Source of the DNA: Sinorhizobium meliloti | GTDB lineage: Bacteria; Pseudomonadota; Alphaproteobacteria; Rhizobiales; Rhizobiaceae | Length of the DNA stretch: 32,000 bases | Reading direction: 5' to 3' | NCBI RefSeq assembly: GCF_017876815.1 | Contig: NZ_JAGIOS010000001.1 | Location: 2,250,001-2,282,000 of the forward strand | In this document: piece by piece, positions 16,767 to 25,664 of the stretch | Numbering within the stretch: the first letter of the stretch is position 1 | How the letters are laid out: each line of letters starts with the position of its first letter | Made by a program: the position numbers and the translations under genes | Notes under the pieces: generated by a model | Databases searched by the model: none | What the model was told of the DNA's origin: nothing | The model's input: the letters and a program-made list of their open reading frames with translations, nothing else

Positions 16767-18544
16767 GAGACGGTCTCGTGACTGAGGCGGCCGGGCGTCG
16801 GCTGGTTCTGCGGGATGAAATCTTCCGGCGCGCCGGGGACGCTGTAGTCATAGGCCCAGCGATAGACGACGGGCAGTTCATTGCCCCAGTTGCCGTGAGG
16901 CGGCGGCGTCTCGGGCGTCTGCCATTCGAGCGTCGTCGCTCGCCACGGATTGCCCCCGGCCTCCCGGCCATGGCGCAGGCTCCAGGCGAGATTGAAGAGG
17001 AACACGATCTGCGCAGCGCCGACGAGAAGCGCCATGACGCTGATGAAGGCGTTGAGCTCCGCGATCGAGGTCGTCACGAAAGACGCTTCGCCGAGCTCGT
17101 GATAGCGGCGCGGGACGCCGATGAGGCCGAGATAATGCATCGGAAAGAAGATGGCGTAGGCGCCGATGAAGGTGACCCAGAAATGGATCTGGCCCATCGC
17201 CTCGTTGAGCATGCGCCCGGTGATCTTCGGATACCAGTGATAGATGGCGCCGAAGATCACCATGATCGGCGCCACGCCCATGACCATGTGGAAATGCGCG
17301 ACGACGAACATCGTGTCGGAGAGCGGCACGTCGACGACGACATTGCCGAGAAAGAGGCCCGTCAGTCCGCCATTGACGAAGGTGACGATGAAGGCGAGGG
17401 CGAAGAGCATCGGCAGGGTCAGATGGATGTTGCCGCGCCAGAGGGTGAGGACCCAGTTATAGACCTTGATCGCCGTCGGCACCGCAATGATCAGCGTGGT
17501 CGTGGCGAAGAAGAAGCCGAAATACGGGTTCATGCCGCTCACATACATGTGGTGCGCCCAGACGATGAAGGAGAGGCCGCCGATGATGACGATCGCCCAG
17601 ACCATCATGCGGTAGCCGAAGATGTTCTTGCGGGCATGGGTGCTGATGAGATCGGAGACGATGCCGAAGGCGGGCAGCGCGACGATGTAGACTTCGGGGT
17701 GGCCGAAGAACCAGAACAGGTGCTGGAAGAGGATCGGGCTGCCGCCGCCATATTGCAGCTGCTCGCCCATTTCGACGATGGCCGGCATGAAGAAGCTCGT
17801 GCCGAGCAGCCGGTCGAAGAGCATCATGACGCAGGCGACGAAAAGGGCAGGGAAGGCAAGCAGCGCCATCACCGTCGCGGTGAAGATGCCCCAGACGGTC
17901 AGCGGCAGCCGCATCAGCGTCATGCCGCGCGCGCGGCCCTGCAGCACGGTCACGACATAGTTGAGGCCACCCATGGTGAAGCCGATGACGAAGATGATCA
18001 GCGAGGAGAGCATCATGATGATGCCCCAGTCCCGGCCTCCGGGCGTGCCGGAAAGTACCGCCTGCGGCGGATAGAGCGTCCAGCCGGCACCGGTCGGTCC
18101 TCCGGGCGTGAAGAAGCTTGCGGCCAGGACGATCACGGCGAGCAGATAGATCCAGTAGCTCAGCATGTTGGCGTAGGGAAACACCATGTCGCGCGCGCCG
18201 ACCATCAGCGGGATCAGATAGTTGCCGAAGCCGCCGAGGAAGAGGGCAGTGAGCAGATAGATCACCATGATCATGCCGTGCATGGTGATGAACTGGTAGT
18301 AACGCTCGGCATCGATCAGCTCGAATGTGCCGGGAAAACCGAGTTGCAGCCGGATCAGCCAGGACAGCACCAGCGCCACCATGCCGATGGCGATCGCGGT
18401 CATGCTGTATTGAATGGCGATGATTTTGGCATCCTGGCTGAAGACATAGCGCGTCCACCAGCTATGCGGATGATAAAGCTCAACATCCTCGACTTCGGGA
18501 GGCGGAAGTGCCTCGCCAATACCGGACCGGACGTCGACCATCAT
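16763..18544 (-). CDS. coxN: Cytochrome c oxidase subunit I (heme-copper oxidase, A-type; CoxN-like)
   Basis: 593 aa. FFGHPEVYI (His-Tyr and glutamate region), WAHHMY and HFHMV heme/CuB ligand motifs, with 12 or more TM helices. Confidence 0.95.
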   Translation of the reverse strand: MMVDVRSGIGEALPPPEVEDVELYHPHSWWTRYVFSQDAKIIAIQYSMTAIAIGMVALVLSWLIRLQLGFPGTFELIDAERYYQFITMHGMIMVIYLLTALFLGGFGNYLIPLMVGARDMVFPYANMLSYWIYLLAVIVLAASFFTPGGPTGAGWTLYPPQAVLSGTPGGRDWGIIMMLSSLIIFVIGFTMGGLNYVVTVLQGRARGMTLMRLPLTVWGIFTATVMALLAFPALFVACVMMLFDRLLGTSFFMPAIVEMGEQLQYGGGSPILFQHLFWFFGHPEVYIVALPAFGIVSDLISTHARKNIFGYRMMVWAIVIIGGLSFIVWAHHMYVSGMNPYFGFFFATTTLIIAVPTAIKVYNWVLTLWRGNIHLTLPMLFALAFIVTFVNGGLTGLFLGNVVVDVPLSDTMFVVAHFHMVMGVAPIMVIFGAIYHWYPKITGRMLNEAMGQIHFWVTFIGAYAIFFPMHYLGLIGVPRRYHELGEASFVTTSIAELNAFISVMALLVGAAQIVFLFNLAWSLRHGREAGGNPWRATTLEWQTPETPPPHGNWGNELPVVYRWAYDYSVPGAPEDFIPQNQPTPGRLSHETVS

Positions 18545-18577
18545 ATCTCCTCCCCAGGGGCTACTTCACGGCGCCTC

Positions 18578-19522
18578 CTACTGCGCCGCTGAGGCGGCGA
18601 CCGTGGTCGCCGCCGGGCCGAAGCATTCTCGCTCTTCTTTGAAAAGCGCGGATGCTCCAGTTCCTTGTTCGGTCGCAATTCCGGACGGAAAACCGCTACA
18701 CACTTTTTCTGGAACTGCTCTTGTTTCCGATGATGCGGACAGTTGCGAAAAGGTCTGCTGCTCGGCGAGCCAGGCCTGGTAGTCTTCCTCGGTGTCGACC
18801 ACGACGGTACCGCGCATCTGCGGGTGACCGACGCCGCAGAGCTCGGCGCAGAGTATCTCGAAGGTTCCGGTCCGCGTCGGCGTCAACCAGAAATAGGTGA
18901 TCATGCCGGGCACCATATCCATCTTGGCGCGGAATTCGGGGACGTAGAAATCGTGCAGGACGTCGACCGACCGGAGCAGCATCTTGACCGGCTTGCCGAC
19001 CGGCAGATGAAGCTCCCCGCCTTCGATGATGATGTCGTCCTGCCCGGCGGCGTCGTCCCGATTGACCCCGAGGGTGTTTTCGGGGGCGATATCGCGCGTT
19101 TCCGTCGTGCCCAGCTTACCGTCCGCGCCGGGCAGCCGGAAGCTCCACAGCCATTGCTGGCCGATCACCTCCACTTCGGACGCATCCTGCGGGACGGTGA
19201 CGAACTGGTTCCAGACGAAGAGGCCCGGCGCCAGCATCGCCGCGACACCGAAGGTCGTGCCGGTCGCGAGCCAGCCTTCGAGCCGCCTGTTCTCCGGCTC
19301 GTAGGCGGCGGTATTGCCCGGGCGGTGGCGGAAGCGCAGGACGCAATAGGCCATGAACAGGACCACGGCGGTGAAGGCGATGCCGGTGATCCAGAAGGTT
19401 ATGGTGATGGTATTGTCGATGTAATTCCAATTGGAGGCGATCGGGGTCCACCACCAAGGACTAAGCAAATGGAACAACACTGAGCCGACGGCCAGCAGAA
19501 CCAGAATCACTACCACGGCCAT
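18578..19522 (-). CDS. coxM: Cytochrome c oxidase subunit II (CuA; CoxM-like) with an atypical C-terminal tail
   Basis: Two N-terminal TM helices. CuA site HDFYVPEF...CAELCGVGHPQM. GGGGAGGGA lies upstream of ATG 19522. The last ~45 aa are read from an intergenic-type repeat (see findings). Confidence 0.9.
   Translation of the reverse strand: MAVVVILVLLAVGSVLFHLLSPWWWTPIASNWNYIDNTITITFWITGIAFTAVVLFMAYCVLRFRHRPGNTAAYEPENRRLEGWLATGTTFGVAAMLAPGLFVWNQFVTVPQDASEVEVIGQQWLWSFRLPGADGKLGTTETRDIAPENTLGVNRDDAAGQDDIIIEGGELHLPVGKPVKMLLRSVDVLHDFYVPEFRAKMDMVPGMITYFWLTPTRTGTFEILCAELCGVGHPQMRGTVVVDTEEDYQAWLAEQQTFSQLSASSETRAVPEKVCSGFPSGIATEQGTGASALFKEERECFGPAATTVAASAAQ
18615..18722 (-). repeat. Rhizobiales-type intergenic repeat element (two hairpins) lying inside the 3' end of the subunit II ORF
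   Basis: On the minus strand, one frame reads EQFQKKCVAVFRPELRPNKELEHPRFSKKSENA and another reads KVCSGFPSGIA. I recognise both as translations of a dispersed repeat that generates spurious small ORFs in rhizobial genomes. Internal inverted repeat GCAATTCCGGA-N22-TCTGGAACTGC (9/11). Boundaries are approximate. Confidence 0.5.
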
Positions 19523-19588
19523 TCCCTGTCCCTCCCCGCCGTGATCGGCCGTGAGACGAATACTTAAATCCGCAGAGTTCCAATCACA

Positions 19589-19617
19589 ATTATTGCACGA
19601 ACGGAAAATACTGGCAA
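19589..19617 (-). promoter_or_regulatory. Sigma70-like promoter candidate for the oxidase operon: TTGCCA-N17-AATAAT
   Basis: On the minus strand, -35 is at 19617-19612 and -10 at 19594-19589 with 17-nt spacing. This is about 65 nt upstream of the subunit II ATG, in the only AT-rich stretch of the intergenic region. Confidence 0.3.
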
Positions 19618-19622
19618 ATCAT

Positions 19623-19650
19623 CGGGAAGAGATCGAATTCTCACTTCCCG
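19623..19650 (-). terminator. Hairpin after the cytochrome c gene
   Basis: CGGGAAG-N14-CTTCCCG begins 10 nt after the stop codon. On the minus strand it is followed by ATGATTTGCCAGTATTTT. Confidence 0.4.
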
Positions 19651-19659
19651 CAAGTATTC

Positions 19660-20046
19660 CTATTTGGGATGCTGCTTCAGGTAGGCGATCACATTGGCAA
19701 TCTCCTCGTCCTTCTTGAGGCCGGGGAATACCATCTTGGTGCCTTTGACCTTGGCCCTGGGATTACGGAGATATTCGGCCAGCGTCGCGTCGTCCCAGAC
19801 GAGGCCACCCTTGCCCGCATCAATCATGGCTTGCGAATATTTGAAGTCAGCATGGGTGCCGGCCGTCCGGCCGATGACGCCTTGCAGCGAAGGGCCGACC
19901 TTGTTCTGGTCCTTGTCGATCACGTGACAGGTGGCGCATTTCTTGAAGACGGTGGCGCCGGCCTCGGCATCGCCCTCCTGGGCGAGCCCGGCGACCGGAC
20001 AGAGCGAGAGTGCCGAAAAAGACAGGGCAGCAAGTGCAATTCGCAT
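19660..20046 (-). CDS. Class I c-type cytochrome (cytochrome c2/c550-like), periplasmic
   Basis: Signal peptide MRIALAALSFSALSLCPVAGLAQE, heme motif CATCH and distal Met in KGTKMVFPG. GAGGAAG lies upstream. Confidence 0.9.
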   Translation of the reverse strand: MRIALAALSFSALSLCPVAGLAQEGDAEAGATVFKKCATCHVIDKDQNKVGPSLQGVIGRTAGTHADFKYSQAMIDAGKGGLVWDDATLAEYLRNPRAKVKGTKMVFPGLKKDEEIANVIAYLKQHPK

Positions 20047-20246
20047 GATACTTCCTCAATTTCGCCCGGCGCGGGGCAAGGAAGGCTATCGTCAAATCTG
20101 CTTTGGCGGTGCTTGCTTCTCTTAAGGAATGGTGCGCCGGGGCGGTTGATACGTGCGACAGGAAAGAAGCTAGTCCATGCCGTAGAGAAGTCAATTGCTC
20201 CTTCTAGGTAAGCCTGAACCTGCTGGGCCGCCATTCGGGGCTTGCG

Positions 20247-21314
20247 TCAGACGCGTTTGCCCTCCGCATCGAAGAAATGCAGGTGATGAGCGGGGAAGTG
20301 GACGGGGATCGTGCCGGACGCCGTCAGGAAGGATCGGTCGTTGGTGAAGACCTTGAAGGCCGCCCGCCCGAGCGAGAGATGCAGGATGATGCCGAAGCCG
20401 GTCGGCTCGACCAGGTCGACGCCGGCAAGCAGCGTCTCCGGGCCGTGGCCGGCAAGCACGACATGTTCGGGACGGATGCCGAGCGTCACCTTTGAGTTAT
20501 TCGAAACGGGCGCGGCCGCGTCGAGCGGAATGCCGATCTCATCCGACATCTCGAAGCGCGGCGCGTCGCCCGCGTGGTAGGCACCCTCGAAGAAATTCAT
20601 GCCCGGCGAGCCGATGAAGCCGGCGACGAAAAGGTTGGCAGGACGGTCGTAAAGATCGAGCGGGCTTCCGACCTGCTGGACCACGCCGCCATTCATGGCG
20701 ACGATCCGGTCTGCGAGCGTCATCGCCTCGATCTGATCGTGCGTCACATAGATGGAGGTGGCGCCGAGATCCTTGTGCAGTTTCTTGATCTCGGCGCGCA
20801 TCTGCTCGCGCAGGCGCGCATCGAGGTTGGAGAGCGGTTCGTCGAAGAGAAACGCCTTCGGCTGGCGCACGATGGCGCGGCCCATGGCGACGCGCTGGCG
20901 CTGGCCGCCGGAGAGCGCCTTGGGGCGGCGGTCGAGCAACGGGTCGAGGCCGAGCTTGGCAGCGGCGCCCGCAACGACCGTCGTTATCCTGTCCTTGGCC
21001 GTCTTGCGGAGCCTCAGGCTGTAGCTCATGTTCCTGGCGACCGACATATGCGGGTAGAGCGCATAGGACTGGAACACCATGGCGATGTCGCGGTCCTTCG
21101 GGGCGAGTTCGTTGACCCGCCTGCCGGCGATGCGGATCTCGCCGCCGGTCACGCTCTCAAGCCCGGCGATCATGCGCAGAAGGGTCGACTTGCCGCAGCC
21201 GGAGGGACCGACGAGCACGACGAATTCGCCGTCGCTGATCTTGAGGTCGACGTCGTGCAGCACCGGGTGGGTACCGTAGGACTTCTTGATGTTGGCGATG
21301 TCGATGGAAGCCAT
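20247..21314 (-). CDS. Sugar ABC transporter ATP-binding protein (MalK/UgpC type, CUT1)
   Basis: Walker [10 protein letters not shown], signature LSGGQRQR, Walker B FLFDEPLS and a C-terminal regulatory (TOBE-like) domain. Confidence 0.9.
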   Translation of the reverse strand: MASIDIANIKKSYGTHPVLHDVDLKISDGEFVVLVGPSGCGKSTLLRMIAGLESVTGGEIRIAGRRVNELAPKDRDIAMVFQSYALYPHMSVARNMSYSLRLRKTAKDRITTVVAGAAAKLGLDPLLDRRPKALSGGQRQRVAMGRAIVRQPKAFLFDEPLSNLDARLREQMRAEIKKLHKDLGATSIYVTHDQIEAMTLADRIVAMNGGVVQQVGSPLDLYDRPANLFVAGFIGSPGMNFFEGAYHAGDAPRFEMSDEIGIPLDAAAPVSNNSKVTLGIRPEHVVLAGHGPETLLAGVDLVEPTGFGIILHLSLGRAAFKVFTNDRSFLTASGTIPVHFPAHHLHFFDAEGKRV

Positions 21315-21320
21315 TGCGTA

Positions 21321-22154
21321 TCAGCCTTTCACCGCGCCGGCCGTGAGGCCCTGGACGAGATAGCGTTGAATGAGGAGGAAGAAGAGGCAGGCCGGTATCA
21401 GCGCCAGCACGCCGGCGGCCATCATCTGCCCGAAGTCGACCGAGAATTTCGAAACGAAGGACAGGAGCCCGACCGGGAAGGTCGCCTGCGCGTTGCCGGA
21501 GATCAGCATCAGCGAGAAGAGCAGTTCGCTCCAGGCGGCGGTGAAGACGAAGCCGAGGGTGGCGGCGATCCCAGGCAGGGTCAGCGGCAGGATGATCTGG
21601 CGGAAAGCGACGAACTGCGTCGCGCCGTCGATCATTGCCGCCTCTTCCAGGTCCTTCGGAATGCCATCGAAGAAGGACTGCATCAGGAATGTCGCGAAGG
21701 GAACGTTGAAGGCGGTGTAGACGACGACGAGCCCGGTGAGGCTGTTGGTCAGCCCCAGCGGCGAGAGTATCTTGAAGATCGGCGCGACCAGCATCACCAG
21801 GGGAAACATCTGCGTCAGCAGCATCAGCGTGACCAGCCAGTATTTGCCGCGGAACCGGAAGCGCGAGAGCGCGTAGCCGGAGAGCGAGGCGAGGATGGTG
21901 ACGATGACGGCGGTCGACCCGGAAACGATCAGGCTGTTGCGGAAGAACACCGGGAAGGCGCTGTGCCGCAGCACGAAGTCGAAGTGTTCGAGGCTCGCCC
22001 GCGACGGCCAGAGACGAATGCCCTCCGAATAGAGGAGATCGTTCGGCGTGACGGCGACCTTGAGCAGCCAGAAGAGCGGGAAGAGCGCGAAGGCGATATA
22101 AGCGAGGACCGCCAGGCGATGGGCAATGGTCAGAAATGCTTGCTTGGCGCGCAT
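21321..22154 (-). CDS. Carbohydrate ABC transporter permease (MalG-like)
   Basis: 277 aa, about 6 TM helices, with the EAA-loop region ...DLEEAAMIDGATQFVAFRQIILP... Confidence 0.85.
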   Translation of the reverse strand: MRAKQAFLTIAHRLAVLAYIAFALFPLFWLLKVAVTPNDLLYSEGIRLWPSRASLEHFDFVLRHSAFPVFFRNSLIVSGSTAVIVTILASLSGYALSRFRFRGKYWLVTLMLLTQMFPLVMLVAPIFKILSPLGLTNSLTGLVVVYTAFNVPFATFLMQSFFDGIPKDLEEAAMIDGATQFVAFRQIILPLTLPGIAATLGFVFTAAWSELLFSLMLISGNAQATFPVGLLSFVSKFSVDFGQMMAAGVLALIPACLFFLLIQRYLVQGLTAGAVKG

Positions 22155-22158
22155 GGTT

Positions 22159-23094
22159 TCAATCCTTGCTCAGGAGCCACTGCCTGAGGATCACGATCAG
22201 CAATGAATAGGCGAGGAGCAGCGCCAGCAGGACCAGCGCGATTGCCGAGGCATAGCCGAAATCCAGCCGTTTGAACGCCTGGGTGAAGATGTAGCTTGCG
22301 ACGATCTGGGTTCGGTCCGCCGGTCCGCCATTGGTCATGACGATGATGAGATCGGCGAAATTGGAGATCCAGACCGTGCGCAGCAGAATGGTGATCGCGA
22401 TCGTCGGCGCCAGGAAGGGAAGCGTGATCGAAAGGAAACGCTGCAGCGGGCCGGCCCCGTCTATGCTCGCCGCCTCGTAGAGGTCGCGCGGGATCGCCTG
22501 GAGTGCTGCGAGCAGGGTGATCGCGAAGAAGGGAATGCCCCACCAGATATTGGCGACGATCGGTCCCCACATGGCAAGCTGGGGATCGGACAGGATGTTG
22601 GTCGGCTGGCTCATGATGCCGAGGGCGAAGAGCCAGTGCGGCAGCGGGCCGACGACGGGGTTGAAGAGCCAGGCCCAGTTGAGGCCGGCCAGGAAACTCG
22701 GCACCGCCCAGGGCAGGAAGACGAGCGCCTGCGCGATCGCGCGGCCATGGAACGGTTTGTCGAGCAGGAGCGCCAGTATGAGGCCGAAGGCGAATTGCAG
22801 GAAGACCGAGGCGCCTGTCCACCAGAGCGTGTTGCGCAGCGATCGGAAGAATGCCTGGTCCTGGGCGAGCGCACGGAAGTGGTCGAGGCCGACGAAACCG
22901 CCGGAGAAGGGGTTGAGCAGCTGGATATCGCGGAAGGCGTAGGAGATGCCGAGCACCAGAGGCACGAGCATGACCGTAACGATCAGGATGAGCGCCGGAG
23001 CGGTATAGAGATAAGGCGCAGAGGCGTCGGCGATCCGCTTCATCAGCGGCGGACGGGTTGCGGGCAGGCCGTCATGGCGTGCGGCATAGGCCAT
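22159..23094 (-). CDS. Carbohydrate ABC transporter permease (MalF-like)
   Basis: 311 aa, multi-TM, with EAA loop ...LYEAASIDGAGPLQRFLSITLP... Confidence 0.85.
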   Translation of the reverse strand: MAYAARHDGLPATRPPLMKRIADASAPYLYTAPALILIVTVMLVPLVLGISYAFRDIQLLNPFSGGFVGLDHFRALAQDQAFFRSLRNTLWWTGASVFLQFAFGLILALLLDKPFHGRAIAQALVFLPWAVPSFLAGLNWAWLFNPVVGPLPHWLFALGIMSQPTNILSDPQLAMWGPIVANIWWGIPFFAITLLAALQAIPRDLYEAASIDGAGPLQRFLSITLPFLAPTIAITILLRTVWISNFADLIIVMTNGGPADRTQIVASYIFTQAFKRLDFGYASAIALVLLALLLAYSLLIVILRQWLLSKD

Positions 23095-23159
23095 CGATCG
23101 AAATTTCCCCTTTTTTGACCGCCGTTATCGATCGGCGTGCCTTTTCCTGCGTCGGACGA

Positions 23160-23183
23160 CCGGCGGCGGCTGACCGCCGCCGG
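23160..23183 (-). terminator. Perfect 10-bp GC hairpin after the binding-protein gene (intra-operon attenuator candidate)
   Basis: CCGGCGGCGG-ctga-CCGCCGCCGG, verified base by base, 9 nt after the SBP stop codon. Confidence 0.4.
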
Positions 23184-23191
23184 TGCCTGCG

Positions 23192-24454
23192 TTACTTCTT
23201 GTTTGCGAGGTATTTCTGCTGCGCCTTGGTCAGGTAGTCGGCCCATTGGTTGGCGAGCTCTTCCGGCGTGATGTCGCCGAGCAGGGCCTCCTGGGTCGTC
23301 TTGATGGCGAGCGAATCCTTGAAGAAGGCGAATTCTTCGAGATAGGTCGGCATGACCGTCAGCACGACGTCCTTGTCGGCGAGTTCGTCGAACCAGCCCT
23401 TGAACTGCGGGCTCGCATAGAAGGGGTCCTTCTCGGCCGACTTATGGACGGGCAGCGCGCCGGTGCGCTTGTTCCACTCGATATTGCCTTCCGGGCCCTC
23501 CAGCGTTTCGATCAGCTTCCAGGAGAGGTCCTTGTTCTGGCTGGCGGCAAGAATCGACCAGCCGGCAAAGCCGATCGTGGTAAAGGCCTTGCCGCTCGGC
23601 CCCTTGGGCATGGTGGTCACGCCGAAATCCTCCGGCTTCATGCGCTGGGCGATCGCGATCAACGCGTCCGGATCCTGGTCGAGGAAGGCGCAGGTGCCGC
23701 TGTAGAAGCCGGCGACGATCTCGTTGAAGCCCCAGTTGACGCTGTCCTTGGGGGCGAGGCCGTTCTTGTAGAGGTCGATGACCCAGGTGAGGCCCTTGAT
23801 CCAGCCTTCGCTGTTCATCGTCGAGGTGCCGTCCTCGTTGAAGAACTTGTTGTCGCCGGCCATGGTCGCGCCGAACATCACCCAGCCGTTGAGGCCGCCC
23901 GGACCGCCGCGCAGGCAATAGCCCGATTTGCCCGGCAGCTTGGAGACCGCCTCGGAAGCCTTGACGAAGTCGTCCATCGTCTTCGGCGGCTCGGCGACGC
24001 CCGCTTCGGAGAGCAGCTTCTTGTTGTAGAACATCGCCCGGAGATAGAAGCCGTAGGGCAGCATATAGGCGGTGTCGTTGACGTCGCGGCCGAGTTCGAG
24101 CGCGCGCTCGGTGAGGCCGGGCGTATGCTCCCACTTTTCGAGATAGGGCTCTAGGCTTTCGAGCATGCCGTTATTGGCGTAGAGCGACAGCCAGGTGTCC
24201 GGCATTTCCATGACGTCGGGGATTTCGCCGGCCGAGACCATGGTCGCGAATTTCTGGAAGGCTTCGCCCCAGGGCAGCGAAATGATCTCCACGGTCGTAC
24301 CGGGATTCGCCTGTTCGAACCTGGCGACGATCGACTTCAGCGTTTCGGTGCGCTCGGGACTGGTGATGACCTCGACGAGCTTCAGCTTCGTATCGGCAAG
24401 GGCGCTGCCGGCCATCAGCGTGGCAAGCAGGGTGGCTGTGATCAGTTTCCTCAT
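23192..24454 (-). CDS. ABC transporter extracellular solute-binding protein, family 1 (CUT1 sugar/oligosaccharide type)
   Basis: 420 aa with Sec signal MRKLITATLLATLMAGSALA. The composition is typical of family-1 SBPs. Confidence 0.85.
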   Translation of the reverse strand: MRKLITATLLATLMAGSALADTKLKLVEVITSPERTETLKSIVARFEQANPGTTVEIISLPWGEAFQKFATMVSAGEIPDVMEMPDTWLSLYANNGMLESLEPYLEKWEHTPGLTERALELGRDVNDTAYMLPYGFYLRAMFYNKKLLSEAGVAEPPKTMDDFVKASEAVSKLPGKSGYCLRGGPGGLNGWVMFGATMAGDNKFFNEDGTSTMNSEGWIKGLTWVIDLYKNGLAPKDSVNWGFNEIVAGFYSGTCAFLDQDPDALIAIAQRMKPEDFGVTTMPKGPSGKAFTTIGFAGWSILAASQNKDLSWKLIETLEGPEGNIEWNKRTGALPVHKSAEKDPFYASPQFKGWFDELADKDVVLTVMPTYLEEFAFFKDSLAIKTTQEALLGDITPEELANQWADYLTKAQQKYLANKK

Positions 24455-24491
24455 TTTATCGTTCCCTTTGTTCTCGCTGGTTGCGTGTTCG

Positions 24492-25664
24492 TCAGCCTGA
24501 CGAAGCGGCCGTCATCGCCGCTTCGAGATCGCTCCAGAGGGCCTCCGTTCCCTCCAGGCCGACATGGAGCCGTACCGACCGCGGTGAAATGCCGAAGGCT
24601 GCCGCGGAATTGGGCTCGGCTTTCTGCGCCAGAACGACTTCGCCCGGCACGATGAGGCTTTCGTGGCCGCCCCAGGAGACGCCGAGCTTGAACAGTTTCA
24701 GGTGATCGGCGAATCGGCGCACGTCGACGCCTTCGCGGAAGATGAAGGAGAAGAGCCCGGAGGTGCCGGAGAGACCGGGAGGCAGATGGTTGCCGAGGCC
24801 CGGGTGGCAGACGGTTTCCACCAGCGGATGCTCGGCCAGGCGGCGGGCGACCGCGAGCGCCGAGCGCTCATGTGCCTTCATCCGCACCGGCAGCGTGCGC
24901 ATGCCCCGGATCAGCAGCCAGGCGTCGAAGGGCGAAAGCTTGCCGCCGAGATAGGGATAGGCTTCCGAACGGATGCGGCCGATCAGCTCGCCCGACCCGG
25001 CGACGACGCCGGCGACGACATCGCTATGGCCACCAAGATATTTCGATGCGGAGTGAATGACGAGGTCGACGCCGAGCGAGACCGGCTGCTGAAACACCGG
25101 GCTCGCCCAGCTGTTGTCGATGACCGTGACGATCCCCTGCCGGCGTGCAAGAGCCGCAAGCGCTGCGACATCGTGCGTGTCCATCACCCAGCTGGTCGGG
25201 CTTTCCATGTAGAAGAGCTTTGCGCCGGGAAGCGCCTTGGCAACCGCCTCTTCGTCGCGCCCGTCGACATAGGTGACCTCGACACGCATGCGCTTCAGAT
25301 GCGTGCCGAAGAGTCGGAACGCATCGGGATAGACATGCTTCACGGCGACGATGCGGTCGCCCGGCTCGACGAAGGAGAGGACTGTGGAGGAGATCGCCGA
25401 CATGCCGCTTGCGAAACCGATGGCGTCCTCGGCGCCTTCGAGCTTCGCCAGCATCTCCTCGAAATGCCTGACCGTCGGATTGAGGCCGCGGGTGTAGATG
25501 GGCCGCACGCGCTCTCCCCGATAGGAGGCGACCATCTCGTCATAGTCCTTGAAGGTGAAGAGCGAGGTCTGCACGATCGGCGGTACGACGGCGTCGAAAG
25601 CGTTGCTCTCGTCATGCGCGACGATAAGGGAGGCTCTCTCGAACGGATCGAGACCGTTGTTCAT
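24492..25664 (-). CDS. Cys/Met-metabolism PLP-dependent enzyme (cystathionine beta-/gamma-lyase or gamma-synthase family)
   Basis: 390 aa. The PLP-lysine motif SASKYLGGHSDVVAG and DNSWASP are typical of the trans-sulfuration fold-type I family. Confidence 0.85.
   Translation of the reverse strand: MNNGLDPFERASLIVAHDESNAFDAVVPPIVQTSLFTFKDYDEMVASYRGERVRPIYTRGLNPTVRHFEEMLAKLEGAEDAIGFASGMSAISSTVLSFVEPGDRIVAVKHVYPDAFRLFGTHLKRMRVEVTYVDGRDEEAVAKALPGAKLFYMESPTSWVMDTHDVAALAALARRQGIVTVIDNSWASPVFQQPVSLGVDLVIHSASKYLGGHSDVVAGVVAGSGELIGRIRSEAYPYLGGKLSPFDAWLLIRGMRTLPVRMKAHERSALAVARRLAEHPLVETVCHPGLGNHLPPGLSGTSGLFSFIFREGVDVRRFADHLKLFKLGVSWGGHESLIVPGEVVLAQKAEPNSAAAFGISPRSVRLHVGLEGTEALWSDLEAAMTAASSG

Noticed and set aside
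16778-18592. 604-aa plus-strand ORF
   Set aside because: It lies entirely antisense to the unmistakable oxidase subunit I gene. The translation is a low-complexity D/E/R/H/G string with no motifs. This is a typical GC-rich shadow ORF.
19523-20246. Search for FixK/FNR boxes (TTGAT-N4-ATCAA) upstream of the cytochrome c and oxidase genes
   Set aside because: Only a half-site (TTGATacgtGCGAC near 20146) was found and there is no full palindrome. Microoxic FixK-type control cannot be claimed from the sequence.
20574-22187. 537-aa plus-strand ORF
   Set aside because: It spans the antisense of an ABC ATPase gene and a permease gene. It has a charged low-complexity composition and is a shadow ORF.
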